IMG/VR virus record: IMGVR_UViG_3300046167_000888
Direction: 5' to 3' (one strand)
DNA from: a virus
DNA: 64,000 nt
Position numbers and translations under genes: made by a program. The notes under the pieces are model-generated. The model did no database searches. It saw only the letters and a program-made list of their open reading frames with translations, and was not told where the DNA came from. Below are positions 1-12,260 of this stretch, one piece after another (position 1 is the stretch's first letter; each line of letters starts with the position of its first letter).

Positions 1-242
1 ATAAGTGTACAATAGCAGAAAGCGAATTTAATTATACACTTAACCCTACAATAATAACATCAGGGTCTAATATAGGTGCAATGCAGTCTTTTGCAACAGA
101 ATCATATTTTGATCCATATGTTACTACAGTAGGTTTATATAACAACGATCAGGAGTTATTAGCTGTAGGAAAGTTAGCTAAACCTTTACCCACATCTAAA
201 ACAACTGATACAACAATTTTAGTAAACATTGACAGACAATAA
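1..242 (+). CDS. C-terminal fragment of a baseplate/tail-collar-like structural protein (5' truncated)
   Basis: Frame open from nt 3 to TAA at 240-242, ending FDPYVTTVGLYNNDQELLAVGKLAKPLPTSKTTDTTILVNIDRQ; resembles the baseplate/tail-collar 'T-x-V-G-L-Y...L-L-A-V' motif. Confidence 0.55.
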   Translation, partial: KCTIAESEFNYTLNPTIITSGSNIGAMQSFATESYFDPYVTTVGLYNNDQELLAVGKLAKPLPTSKTTDTTILVNIDRQ

Positions 243-250
243 AACATTAT

Positions 251-260
251 ATATTTATAA
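251..260 (+). promoter_or_regulatory. Putative late promoter ATATTTATAA (first of 13 exact intergenic copies)
   Basis: Same 10-mer at 251, 5274, 29058, 33792, 42688, 45559, 47488, 54531, 57256, 57556, 59374, 61009 and 63435, each just upstream of a start codon. Confidence 0.75.
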
Positions 261-279
261 TAAAATATAACCTTAGACC

Positions 280-2072
280 ATGGCAAATACATTATCAAAT
301 ACTGGTATAGTAACCGGACAAACAGTAGAAGCTTTACAAGTTTCTCAATCTGTAGACGCATTTACTGGTGCGAATGACTACGACATTACAATATCTGGTT
401 CATTAACACTTACAGGATCCCTCTTCCAAACTGGATCCGTTTATTTTAAACAAATAGCACAAGTTCCAGCTACCGCAAGTAATAACTTAGGAACTGTAAT
501 GATTGACGTAGATGGTCGATTATATTCTGGTTCATCTTCAGTTGGTACCCAAGGTGCTGCTGGAGTAAAAGGTGAAACTGGTTCACAAGGTGCTGATGGA
601 GTTGATGCAACAGGTACTCAAGGTGCTAATGGTGCTCAAGGTGCTGTAGGATCTACAGGTGCAGGTGGTGCTCAAGGTACAATAGGTGAAAAAGGAAACG
701 AAGGAACACAAGGTAGTGCAGGTACTGTAGGACCAGCTGGAGAAAAAGGTACATTTGGTGAAAAAGGTGAAGCTGGTGCTCAAGGTACTAGTGGTACAAA
801 TGGAGAAAAAGGACAACAAGGAGATGCTGGAACAGCAGGTGCTCAAGGTGAATCAGGTGAAAAAGGTGAAACTGGTTCTGCAGGTGGATTAGGTGCTCAA
901 GGTGCACAAGGTGGTGCTGGAGAAAAAGGAGATAATGGAGCTCAAGGTACTGTAGGTGCAGGAGATAAAGGTCAAAAAGGTGAACAAGGAGATGCTGGTA
1001 ACGCAGGTGCTCAAGGAGCAAATGGTGTAACAGGTTCTCAAGGTACTACTGGAGCAGGAGCTCAAGGTGAAACTGGATTAAAAGGTGAAAAAGGAGAAGC
1101 TGGTGCAGGTGGTGCACAAGGTGAAACTGGAGCAGGAGCTCAAGGAGAAACAGGACAAAAAGGTGAAGCTGGAAGTGGTGGAGCTCAAGGTGCTAATGGT
1201 GCCCAAGGAACAAATGGTGAAAAAGGAGCAATAGGAGAAAAAGGAGAAAATGGAGCAGGTGGTGCACAAGGTGAAACTGGAACAGGTGGTGCTCAAGGAG
1301 CAAATGGTGTAAAAGGTGAACAAGGAGATGCTGGTGGTACAGGTGCTCAAGGTGCTCAAGGTACTACAGGAGTAGGAGAAAAAGGTGGAACAGGAGCACA
1401 AGGAACTGCTGGTACAGGTGGTGGATCAGGTGATGTATATAATCCACAAACAAGATATTTAATTGCTAGTGATGGAGATAATTTCCAATTATATGGAACA
1501 TCTACAAGTAATATGTTCTCAGCAGATTGGACAAGATCAGGAGCAGAATTAACAGTATCACATTCAGCAAATGGTTTAGGTGCTGGTGATAAAGTAGTAG
1601 TTAGAAATTCCAATGTAGATTATCAAGTAACAGATGTTATATCTGCTTCACCAGATGGATTTGTAGTAAATTGTTGCCAACTCGGGTGCCTACATCAGGA
1701 ACAGGATGTCAGTATGGAGCTTTATTTACTGCAGCAGTTACTCAAAATTCAGGTGATGTTACAGCAATAGTAATATCAGCACCAGGAGGAACAAATGGTG
1801 CTTCTCAATTAAATACTTTAAATTTATATGCTAATAACCAAGAAAGTGGTTTAGCAATAACACTACCAGCTGGATTACAAGAAGGTGCCGGTGGGTATAA
1901 TGATAAACAAGATATTAATCTAGTATCATTAGACGCAAAAGTATTTGATGGTACAGGAGTATCAGGAGCATTAACTCCAACAGCAACATATAATTTAGGT
2001 GCTAACTTTAATAGAATAGATGTAAGTAATATTGATAACTTTTCACCAGTTAATTTATCAATGAGGTTTTAA
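280..2072 (+). CDS. Collagen-like fibre protein 1 (apparent frameshifts near 1670-1692)
   Basis: About 290 aa of Gly-X-Y repeats (GAQ/GEK/GET). Removing two single-base insertions joins ORF 280..1770 to ORF 1671..2072 (VVNVANSGATSGTGCQYG...). Confidence 0.8.
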
Positions 2073-2100
2073 TTAAAAAAATTAATTAAAAAAAATAAAA

Positions 2101-3142
2101 TAGGATGCATACCCAACGTTTACAATTTGGAAGGTTAACATATGGATCAGCAGATTTTTTCTCTGATTGAAAATAACCAAAATGGATTTATTCGTATAAA
2201 TGCCGAGATACAACAAGTGGATCTCCTATAATTACAAACGTAGGAGAACAAGCTGGTGGAGCATTTACTACATCGGAACTTATGGTTGGTATGACATTAG
2301 TCTCAAGTGGTGAATTTGCAAGTGAAGTAACAATTATATCTTTAGATTTGGGTAATAACCAACTTACGGTATCCGGCAAATGCAACAGCAACTGCCCAAA
2401 ATCAAGTAATGAGAGTAAGACCCTGCTAAAGGAATGTACTTTTTCGAAAGTGCTTCTTTTAATAAAGTAGGTTCAGGGTGAACCCATCTGATTTAAGAGA
2501 TATTACAGGATCAGAAGATGCTGATTATGATTCAAATGAATTAAAATGGGGTGTAGTTGCAGCCATTAGCTGATACAGGTAGTGTAACAACTACAGTAGC
2601 AGGTTTATATGGTCAATACGAAATTACAGAAATACAAAGTAGAATAAGTAATACAGAAATGAATTTCTTTGCTACAGCAAGTGATTCATTACCTTCATTT
2701 ATAGAAGAATCAGGAAGCCAAGTTAGTGCTGGTTCAAGTGTATTAATGGTATCACAGATATCAAATAACTTAATGACAATAGCAGGTGCTCTGATGTAGG
2801 AGGTGGTGGACAAGGTTTAGCTTTAGGCTGCTTACCAAACAGCAGTATCATCAATATTTTCTACTCTAACATCTGGTTCAGGAGGAGGAGATGCTTTTCC
2901 CATATACAGGTTCAGCTCAAATTACAGGTAGTTTAGGTGTAACAGGTAGTGTAGAAGCATTACTTGCTTCAAATGAAAATTTCTTAATTAAGAACGCTAC
3001 AGCACCAACTCAAAGTTTATTTAAAGTAGATGACGAAGGAGTAGCTGTATTTAGAGCAAGAGAAGGAGCAGATGGTGTACCAAGTGCTGTAGTAGGAGGT
3101 TTATATTTCACTACTTCATCAGCATTTTTAGGAGTAGACTAA
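2101..3142 (+). CDS. Virion structural protein fragmented by multiple indels (probably one gene of about 340 aa)
   Basis: Coding-like fragments in shifting frames (2282-2470, 2557-2799, 2891-3142), ending FPYTGSAQITGSLGVTGS...YFTTSSAFLGVD; start position uncertain. Confidence 0.5.
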
Positions 3143-3242
3143 AATTAGAAAAAATATTACAAATACTAAAATTTAGTATTAAGGTTGCATACGTATAAAT
3201 GATAAAACAGAATATTAAATTAACTTAAAAAACAATTAATCA

Positions 3243-4838
3243 ATGGCAACTTGGAAAAAAGTAATTGTATCCGGATCAGTCGCTGACTTATCAGCATTAT
3301 CCCTAGATACAGCATTGCCCGTAGCCTCGGGTGGTACGGGGGCATCAACCCTTACAGATGGTGGTGTTCTTTTAGGTAGTGGAACTGGAGCAATTACTGC
3401 ACTAGGTCAAGCTACAAACGGTCAATTAGTTATTGGTAGTACAGGAGCAGATCCAGTATTAGCAACTTTAACTGGTGGTTCAAACATTACAGTAACAAAT
3501 TCAGCAGGTGGAATTACTATCGCTGCAACAGGATTAGGTTCAGGTACAGTACAATCTGTAGCAGCATCTGGTAATGAAAATGGTATTACATTATCATCAG
3601 ATGGAGATAGTGTTAACCCAACTATTACATTAGGTGGTGCTTTAGCAAACGTTACAAACTCACAATTATCAAACAGTGCAGTAACATTAGGTAATACATC
3701 AGTATCATTAGGTGCAACAGCTGGAACAGTTGATGGCTTAGTATTAACAGATGTAATAGCAACTGGTTCATTCAGTGGTTCATTCAGTGGTAATGTAATT
3801 ACAAACCTAGAAGATTTAACAGCTGGAAACGGTTTATCAGGTGATGCTTATGATGGTAATGTAGCTAGAACTTTTGCAGTACAAGCAGATGGTTCTACAT
3901 TATCAGTAGGTGGATCAGGTGTTAAAGTAGCAGACGCAGGAATTACAGCAACTCAAATCGCAACTTCAGTAGCAGGTGCTGGTTTAGCAGGTGGTGGAGG
4001 AACAGCATTAAGTGTTAATGTTGATGATTCTTCAATCGAAATTGCTACAGATACTCTAAGAGTAAAATCTCAAGGTATTACAGCTGCAATGATTGCTTCT
4101 GGAAGTATTAACCAGAACCATTTAGCATCTGGAATTGGATTGTTCTCAGGATCAGCTCAAGTAAACTTAGGTGATGCTTCAGGAACAGTAACATTAGGAA
4201 CTCAAACAACAGGTAACTACGTAGCAACACTAGGTAGTGGTACTGGTGTAACAATTGGTTCAAATACTGGTGAAGGTTCAACTCCAACAATTGCAGTAGA
4301 CTATGGTTCAACTGCTAACACGGCGGTTCAAGGTAACGTAGGTTTAACAGTTCAAGGTACTACAAACGAAATTGAAGTATCAGGTGGTGGAATTACACTT
4401 GGTGCTGGTGGTACAGCAACAATTGGTTTACCAAGTAATGTTACTATAACTTCAGACTTAAGTGTAGGACAAGATTTAGTAGTAGCTAGAAACTTAACAG
4501 TTCAAGGTACAGCTTCATTTGCCTCAACAACGGATTTAGATGTAGCGGATAGATTCATCAGAATGGCTTCTGGTTCAACAGCAACTGGAGACGGTGGTAT
4601 TGTTGTACAACAAACAGGACCAGCAGATGGTGAAGCTTTTGCTTATGATTCAGCACAAACTAGATGGGGAGTTACAGGGTCTTACGATCCAGCAACAAAC
4701 TCAATTACTCCAGACGCTTTCATGTCTACAGTAGTAATTGGTTCAGGTGGTGATGCAGCAACAGGTGTTGTTTCTAAATACACAAAAGCAGGTAATATGT
4801 TTGTTTCAGCATCAGGAGATATTTACATTTACTCATAA
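3243..4838 (+). CDS. Tail fibre / fibre-associated structural protein (G/S/T-rich)
   Basis: 531 aa with the LPVASGGTGA fibre motif; N-terminus [12 protein letters not shown] is shared with the collagen fibres. Confidence 0.7.
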   Translation: MATWKKVIVSGSVADLSALSLDTALPVASGGTGASTLTDGGVLLGSGTGAITALGQATNGQLVIGSTGADPVLATLTGGSNITVTNSAGGITIAATGLGSGTVQSVAASGNENGITLSSDGDSVNPTITLGGALANVTNSQLSNSAVTLGNTSVSLGATAGTVDGLVLTDVIATGSFSGSFSGNVITNLEDLTAGNGLSGDAYDGNVARTFAVQADGSTLSVGGSGVKVADAGITATQIATSVAGAGLAGGGGTALSVNVDDSSIEIATDTLRVKSQGITAAMIASGSINQNHLASGIGLFSGSAQVNLGDASGTVTLGTQTTGNYVATLGSGTGVTIGSNTGEGSTPTIAVDYGSTANTAVQGNVGLTVQGTTNEIEVSGGGITLGAGGTATIGLPSNVTITSDLSVGQDLVVARNLTVQGTASFASTTDLDVADRFIRMASGSTATGDGGIVVQQTGPADGEAFAYDSAQTRWGVTGSYDPATNSITPDAFMSTVVIGSGGDAATGVVSKYTKAGNMFVSASGDIYIYS

Positions 4839-4851
4839 TAAATGAGTGTAA

Positions 4852-5079
4852 ATGAGTTTCAAAAGTGGTGAAATAATTATTAAAGGTAAAAAAACTACCT
4901 CTATAAATAAAGATGAAATGGCAGACTCTGAACAGGGTCTGCCATCTTTATCAAAAGAAGAAATAATGTTTCTTCTAAAAATAATTCAACAACATGATTT
5001 TAAAGGTAGAGATATAGAAATTCTTTACAATACAACGTTGAATCTTCAAAAACAGTACATACATTTAAGTAATCAATAA
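4852..5079 (+). CDS. Small hypothetical protein (possible fibre assembly chaperone)
   Basis: 75-aa ORF between fibre genes. Confidence 0.5.
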   Translation: MSFKSGEIIIKGKKTTSINKDEMADSEQGLPSLSKEEIMFLLKIIQQHDFKGRDIEILYNTTLNLQKQYIHLSNQ

Positions 5080-5088
5080 TATTTAAAT

Positions 5089-5262
5089 ATGGATGAGTTA
5101 TATACATTAGAACAATTAACATTAAGAGAAATTAAAGCCCTAAGAAAAGGTTTAGAGTTCATTCAAATAAGTGGGATAGATGCAATGTTTATGGGTATGT
5201 TACAAGCTAAAATTGATAAACAAATCGAACAATTAGAAAAACATATACAAGATAAACAATAA
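5089..5262 (+). CDS. Small helical protein, 57 aa (not in ORF track)
   Basis: MDELYTLEQLTLREIKALRKGLEFIQISGIDAMFMGMLQAKIDKQIEQLEKHIQDKQ; fills the intergenic gap. Confidence 0.6.
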   Translation: MDELYTLEQLTLREIKALRKGLEFIQISGIDAMFMGMLQAKIDKQIEQLEKHIQDKQ

Positions 5263-5297
5263 GCCTGTTTCTCATATTTATAACCATATAATTTATC

Positions 5298-8200
5298 ATG
5301 GCAAATTGGAGAGAAATCATTATCAGTGGATCAGACGCTGAATTAAATAAATTAAATGTAGATTCATCATTAACAGCAAGCGGACTTATATACCCTGCTG
5401 CTGATGGAAGTAATACTCAAGTTTTACAAACAGATGGATCTGGTAATCTTTCTTTTGCTGATAAAGACTCAGGACCTCAAGGTACTACAGGTGCACAAGG
5501 TGCTCAAGGTCTTGATGGTGATTTAGGTTCAAAAGGTGATATAGGGGAAAAAGGTATTAATGGTGAAAAAGGAGAACAAGGACCAACGGGTGCTCAAGGA
5601 ACAAATGGAGCACAAGGTGTACAAGGTGAAGAAGGACAAAAAGGAGAAGGTGGTGCACAAGGAACTATAGGTGAAAAAGGTGCTCAAGGTACAACAGGAG
5701 GACCAGGTGTAGTTGGACCTAAAGGAGAAAAAGGAGATATAGGATCACAAGGTGTAAATGGAGCACAAGGAGCAGATGGAGCACAAGGTGAAACAGGTGT
5801 TCAAGGAAATGATGGTTCATTTGGAGGTGCTACATTTGATTATACCTTTTCTACTGATACAGCAGGAGGAAATGATCCAGGTCAAGGTATAGTTGAATTA
5901 AATTCTACACAACAAAATACAGCAGATGAAATTTATATTGATGCTACCGATGATAACGGTGTAAGTATTAATTCTTTCTTAGCAACTATTAAAGCGTCAA
6001 GTTCAACAATAAAAGGACATATTCGTATATCTAATAGAATTGATGCAACACAATTTTTATTGTTTCAAATCACAGAATTAACCGTTCAAAACACAGATCA
6101 ATGGTGGGTAATTGACGTAACAAATCAAGCATCAAGCGCACAATCTCCATTTACAAATTCAGAAGATGTAGTATGTTCTTTCTTAGTAACTGGTGATCAA
6201 GGATCTCAAGGTGCTACAGGAGGTGGAGGAGCACAAGGAGCAAATGGTGCTCAAGGTGCTAATGGTAATACAGGTGATAAAGGAGATAAAGGACAAAAAG
6301 GTAGTCAAGGTGCTGTTGGACCTATAGGACCTAAAGGTGCTCAAGGTATTGATGGACCTCAAGGTAACAAAGGATCACAAGGTGAAACAGGTGTAAAAGG
6401 AGACGGAGGAGCACAAGGTGCTAATGGAGCACAAGGTACAATAGGTGAAAAAGGAATTAATGGTGAAAAAGGTGATATTGGAGCACAAGGTGAAACTGGA
6501 TTAAAAGGTGAAGAAGGTGCTCAAGGAACAGACGGTGTTCAAGGTACTGATGGTCAAAAAGGAGCACAAGGTGAAACTGGGTTAAAAGGAGATAATGGAG
6601 ATAAAGGTGCACAAGGTGAAACTGGTTTAAAAGGTGATATTGGACCTCAAGGAGAAACTGGTTTAAAAGGAGATGATGGTGCTCAAGGAGAAACTGGAGA
6701 AAAAGGAGACATTGGAGCTCAAGGAGAATCAGGCGCTAAAGGAGATGGTGGAGCTCAAGGTACTATAGGTGCTCAAGGAACAGATGGTCAAATAGGTGCT
6801 CAAGGTGAAACTGGTGAGAAAGGTGATAATGGTGCCCAAGGAGAAACAGGACAAAAAGGTGCCCAAGGAGAAACAGGATCTCAAGGTACTACAGGTACAA
6901 AAGGAGATGATGGAGCACAGGGCGAAACTGGAGAAAAAGGAGATACTGGAGAAAAAGGAGATATTGGAGCTCAAGGAGTACAAGGAGAAGATGGTCAAAA
7001 AGGTGTTCAAGGTGAAGATGGTCAAAAAGGTGCCCAAGGAGAAACAGGACAAAAAGGATCACAAGGTGAAACTGGAGAAAAAGGAGATACTGGAGAAAAA
7101 GGAGATATTGGAGCTCAAGGAGAAACTGGATTAAAAGGAGAACCTGGAGCACAAGGCGAAACAGGAGCACAAGGTGAAACAGGAACACAAGGAACAGACG
7201 GTGCACAAGGAACTGATGGTGCTCAGGGTACAGATGGAGCACAAGGAACAAATGGTGCCCAAGGTACTGATGGTCAAAAAGGAGCACAAGGCGAAACTGG
7301 TGAAAAAGGTGGTGATGGCGCTCAAGGAGAAACAGGACAAAAAGGTGCCCAAGGAGAAACAGGACAAAAAGGTGCCCAAGGAGAAACAGGACAGAAAGGA
7401 GCACAAGGTGAAACTGGATTAAAAGGTGAAGAAGGTGCTCAAGGTACAGATGGTAACTTTGGTGGTAATTCATTTGATTATACTTTTAGTACTAGCACTG
7501 GTACAGGTGATCCAGGAAGGGGTATATTTAATTTTACAGGATCAGCTAGCCAAAGAACAGCAGCTCAAGGTATTATAGATGATGAAGATGATGCTGGTAA
7601 TGATATATCAGCTACTTTACAAACAATATCTAGTGTATCCTCAGCAATTAAAGGACATATTAGAGTATCAAATAGAACTGATTCACTTCAATTTTTAACA
7701 TTTGCAATTACTGATTTAACTGATAATACAGGTTATTGGAGTTTAAATTTAACAAATGAAGCATATTCAGCTGATAATCCTTTTAGTGATGATGAAGATA
7801 TTTTAATATCATTTACAACTGTAGGTGATAAAGGAGATAAAGGTCAAAAAGGAGAAGTTGGTGTTCAAGGTGAAACTGGTGAGAAAGGTGCTCAAGGCGA
7901 GACTGGAAGTCAAGGTACAACTGGTGAAAAAGGTGCTAAAGGAGATACTTTAGAAAAAGGACAAAAAGGTGCACAAGGACAAACTGGTGCTAAAGGAGAT
8001 ACACTTGAAAAAGGTCAAAAAGGTGCTCAAGGTGAAACTGGAGAAAAAGGAGCACAAGGTGAAACTGGACAGAAAGGTGCCCAAGGAGAAACTGGTACAA
8101 AAGGTGCTCAAGGAGAAGATGGTGTAAAAGGAGCTCAAGGAGAAACTGGAGAAAAAGGTACTAAAGGTGATACCTTAGAAAAAGGTGCTCAAGGTGCAAC

Positions 8201-10371
8201 AGGACAAAAAGGTACTAAAGGTGATACTTTAGAAAAAGGACAAAAAGGTGCACAAGGTGAAACTGGAGAAAAAGGAGCACAAGGTGAAACAGGACAGAAA
8301 GGAGCACAAGGTGAAACTGGTACAAAAGGTGCCTCAAGGAGAAGATGGTGTAAAAGGAGCACAAGGAGAAGATGGTGTAAAAGGTGCTCAAGGAGAAACT
8401 GGAGAAAATGCTCCATTACAAGGTAATGTAGACAATAATCTAGTTACTATGACTGGTGGGACAGCATTATCAGGTTCAGCCAAATTTACCTATGATGGTA
8501 TAGATACTGTTTTAGATGGTACTAGTGGAGGAGGTCATTTTATAACTAAAACTCCATCACAATATAGTGCAGTTTCTGAATATGGATTAGGACATGAAGT
8601 ATTTTCTGCAAATTTAGATAGCGGTTTAATTGCTACATTTAGTAGTTCTTTTGCTACATCAGATAATGTACCAATAATTCAAATGGTAGATAAATCTACT
8701 GGTGGTACAGGAACTAATGTTGGTACATTTAGATTTAATAAAGACACTGGTCATTTTATATTAACACCTAGTGGTTCTGGTAAAACAACTTTCCTTTTAC
8801 TTACAGGTAGTTTATCTGTTTCACAATCTGTATTTTTCCCAGGAGTTGCTGAAAATACTAATAACCTTAAAACTTTAATGATAGACCCTACTTCGGGTAA
8901 ATTAGGATATACAGGTTCATATGGTGGAGGTGGAGGTGGTACTCCAATACAAGGAAACGTTAATAATAACGTATTAACAGCTACAGGAACAACATCTATA
9001 TCAGGTTCAGCTAAATTTACTTATGATGGAGCAGGTGATGTTCACTTAGAAGGTAAATTACAAATTGACCAACAAACTATAACTATAGCTGGAGGTAATG
9101 TTTCATGGAATGTAAATAATGGCTCAAATGCTACTGTTACATTAGGATCAGGTACTAATACATTAGCAATGTCAAATTGGGAAACAGGTGATACTGGTGT
9201 ATTAGTTGTTAAACAAGATGGAACTGGAGGAAGAACATTAGATATTGATTTAAGTGGTAATACTGTTTATTTAGGTAATACTTCATATACACCTTCAACA
9301 GCTGCTAATGCGGTTGATGTATTAGGTTGGTATTATGATGGTTCAAAATATTATGTAACAATAGGTTACGGTGATTCATCAACAGTAGGAGCTAAAGGTG
9401 CTCCAGGAGATTCAGGAGCTCAAGGTGCAGCAGGACCAAAAGGGGTTACAGGACCTCAAGGTGATGATGGTGCTCAAGGATTAGCAGGACCAATTGGTAA
9501 TCAAGGAAATACAGGTCCACAAGGTGCAACAGGACCTCAAGGCTTATTAGGACCAATAGGAAACATTGGACCAATTGGTAATACTGGACCTCAAGGTGCT
9601 GATGGAAATATAGGACCAATAGGAAATATAGGACCTATAGGAAACATTGGACCAATTGGTAATACTGGACCTCAAGGTGCAGACGGTAATATTGGACCAA
9701 TAGGTAATATAGGACCAATAGGAAATACAGGTCCTCAAGGTGCAGATGGAGATAAAGGACCAGCTGGTGATGCAGGACCTCAAGGTGCAGACGGTGGTAT
9801 TGGACCAATTGGTAATACAGGACCACAAGGTGCAACAGGAACACAAGGTGCAGTAGGTGGATCAGGAGCTGAATTTACAGTAACAGGAACAACCACAGAT
9901 GGTGTTGTTACTTTTGATTCAGCAAATGCTTTAACTACTGAAGCAAATATGACATTTGATGGTACTACAGCATATATTAATGGTGCTTTAGGTGTAGGAA
10001 CAGATAATCCAACAACTGTAGGTTTAATAGAAGCTACTAATGATGTTGTAGCATATTACTCATCAGATGAAAGATTAAAAGAAAATATTAAACCTATTCC
10101 ATGGGCATTAGATAAATTAATGAAAATAAATGGTGTAACATTTGATTGGAAACCATTAACTGAAGAACAAAAAATACATATTCATGGACATGAAGGGCAT
10201 GATGTAGGTGTAATAGCTCAAGAAATAGAAAAAGTATTACCTGAAGTTGTAACTACAAGAGATAATGGATATAAAGCTGTTAAATATGAAAAAATAGTTG
10301 CTCTATTAATTGAAGCTATTAAAGAACAACAATCAGAAATAGATCAATTAAAAGATAAAATTAATGGCTAA
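5298..10371 (+). CDS. Collagen-like fibre protein 2 with C-terminal peptidase S74 chaperone (about 1690 aa; apparent +1 insertion near 8332)
   Basis: Long Gly-X-Y runs with two copies of a ~125-aa globular insert; C-terminal YYSSDERLKENI...GVIAQE...VKYEKIVALLIEAIKE; ggt gcc tca agg is ggt gct caa gga plus an extra C. Confidence 0.85.
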
Positions 10372-11629
10372 TCTTAATTTTTTCAGAATAATGGCCGGTA
10401 ACGGTTCTAATGTTAGTTCTCAAGATATTCCTTGTAATGCTGGAAGTATTAATTTTGATGGAGGACCAGGTATATTTTATGCTACCGCTGTTGTATTAGG
10501 AACTGGTATAGGCCCTATAACTGCATCATTTGAAGCTCGAAATGTTCCAGATGGATTTAGATTAGTATGGAGCGGATCTACAGTAGCAAATTCTTTATTT
10601 GTAGGAGATCGATTAGACACAGCAAGTTTATATAATGGATATACAGGGTCAATAAGTAATGTAACTTCTTTAACTCGAAAAAATTGGAACCAACAAGCAG
10701 ATACTTTTGTAAATGCTTCAGCAGAAAGTGTAACTTATACTAGTGCTTCATTCCCTCCATTTCCTGGCAATCCTTTCACAAAAACAAGAGGAAATACATC
10801 TACAGTTGTAGGTGAAAGAGTTAATGGTCAAGGAAACCATGGGGCACAAAAAGGCGTACTTAATGCTTTTCCCCAATTTTCATCTTCATGTACAAATGGA
10901 CAAGTTAAATTATGTTTTTTTAAACATACAACTGAACCAACAGAATTTGAACTAATAATTGATGGTCCAGATGGTGGTACACTTTGGGATTTACTTAGTT
11001 TAACTTGCCCAGGTAATGATACTTCACTCCATTCTTCTTCAATTATGGATAAAGATGGTGATATAGTTGAAATATACCATACATCACCATCATTTGACTT
11101 AGATGTAGGAATGACATTATATGAAAATAGTGCATTAACTACTAAATTTATATCAAGTGGGACTTATAGTACTAGTTCATTTTGGGGTAGTGATAATTCT
11201 ATGTTAGTATCAGGTAGTACTATATTAGGAACAGCATATCCTTTTAATGGAGGTAGTGGTATATGCTTTAAATCCGCTTTAAATACAGGATATTCCTATA
11301 TTACATTAGCTGATGATGGAGTAATTACTGCTAGAAGTTGTACTACAACATCATTCCCATTAGCTGATGGTTTAACAGAATTCTATGTAACAGATCAGGC
11401 GAGTAAACTTCCTTTCGCATGTCAGCAACCAATTACAACAACACGTTTCCACGATGGTTCAGGATTAATACCTGTTGTAGGTGATATAGTGTATACTGAT
11501 AGTGGAGGAACTACAGTATTAGCCAATTCAAAAAGAGGAGCTTCTTCTTTTAATTCAGGTAATTCAATTTATGGTTTTGAAACTGATAGTAATGGAGATG
11601 TTACCGATACGCAAACCTGTATACCATAA
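10364..11629 (+). CDS. Putative fibre-tip/adhesin structural protein
   Basis: 421 aa, S/T/G-rich with cysteines; two related modules (DLDVGMTLYENSALTT and IPVVGDIVYTDSGGTT); overlaps the fibre 2 stop. Confidence 0.5.
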   Translation: MANLNFFRIMAGNGSNVSSQDIPCNAGSINFDGGPGIFYATAVVLGTGIGPITASFEARNVPDGFRLVWSGSTVANSLFVGDRLDTASLYNGYTGSISNVTSLTRKNWNQQADTFVNASAESVTYTSASFPPFPGNPFTKTRGNTSTVVGERVNGQGNHGAQKGVLNAFPQFSSSCTNGQVKLCFFKHTTEPTEFELIIDGPDGGTLWDLLSLTCPGNDTSLHSSSIMDKDGDIVEIYHTSPSFDLDVGMTLYENSALTTKFISSGTYSTSSFWGSDNSMLVSGSTILGTAYPFNGGSGICFKSALNTGYSYITLADDGVITARSCTTTSFPLADGLTEFYVTDQASKLPFACQQPITTTRFHDGSGLIPVVGDIVYTDSGGTTVLANSKRGASSFNSGNSIYGFETDSNGDVTDTQTCIP

Positions 11630-11631
11630 TT

Positions 11632-12150
11632 TTGGAGTTTTTAGATTATCAAGGTAAAGAATTTAATGTTTTTAAAAACAATGGGGTTACAATCATGCAA
11701 TTTAAAAATAATGTTTTTTTAAATGATGATAAAATATACACTAAATTATTTTTAGGGGAATGTGATAAATGTAATCCATTTTATAAAGATTTTTTTAATA
11801 ATATTAAATTTGATACAGTATTAGTAGTAGGATTAGGACTTGGTTTAATACCTCAAGAGTTAATTGAAATATACAAATGTAGTAAAGTTGATTGTCTAGA
11901 AATAAGTCAAGAAATGATTGATTATACTCATAACTCAGGTCATTTAAATAAAAATATAAATCTTATTCAGGGTGATGTTTATAAGTACTCTACTTCTGAT
12001 ATGTATGATTTGATTATAATTGATACTATTTGGCAAAAACATAATATGAGTGATGATCAATGGAACATATTAGTAAAAAAATATAAACCAAATTTAAATC
12101 CTAAAGGCGCAATCTTCGCTCCAGTAAAACAAAAGTATTTTTCAATATAA
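11632..12150 (+). CDS. Class I SAM-dependent methyltransferase (spermidine-synthase-like)
   Basis: VLVVGLGLG motif I, VDCLEIS, IQGDVY, YDLIIID; TTG start. Confidence 0.75.
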   Translation: MEFLDYQGKEFNVFKNNGVTIMQFKNNVFLNDDKIYTKLFLGECDKCNPFYKDFFNNIKFDTVLVVGLGLGLIPQELIEIYKCSKVDCLEISQEMIDYTHNSGHLNKNINLIQGDVYKYSTSDMYDLIIIDTIWQKHNMSDDQWNILVKKYKPNLNPKGAIFAPVKQKYFSI

Positions 12151-12198
12151 CTTGTTTTCTCCTTATTTTTTCCATACATTGTTCATATGTATGACTAT

Positions 12199-12245
12199 AT
12201 TATAGGCCATAACGGAAGTGGGCTCAAGGAGTAACCAACCATAAT
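12199..12245 (+). other. Candidate structured RNA in the 5' leader of fibre 3
   Basis: GC-richer island that can fold into a three-way junction: ttatagg/ccataa, cc-ataac-gg, ctc-aag-gag. Confidence 0.35.
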
Positions 12246-12260
12246 TAAAAAGATTTTAAA

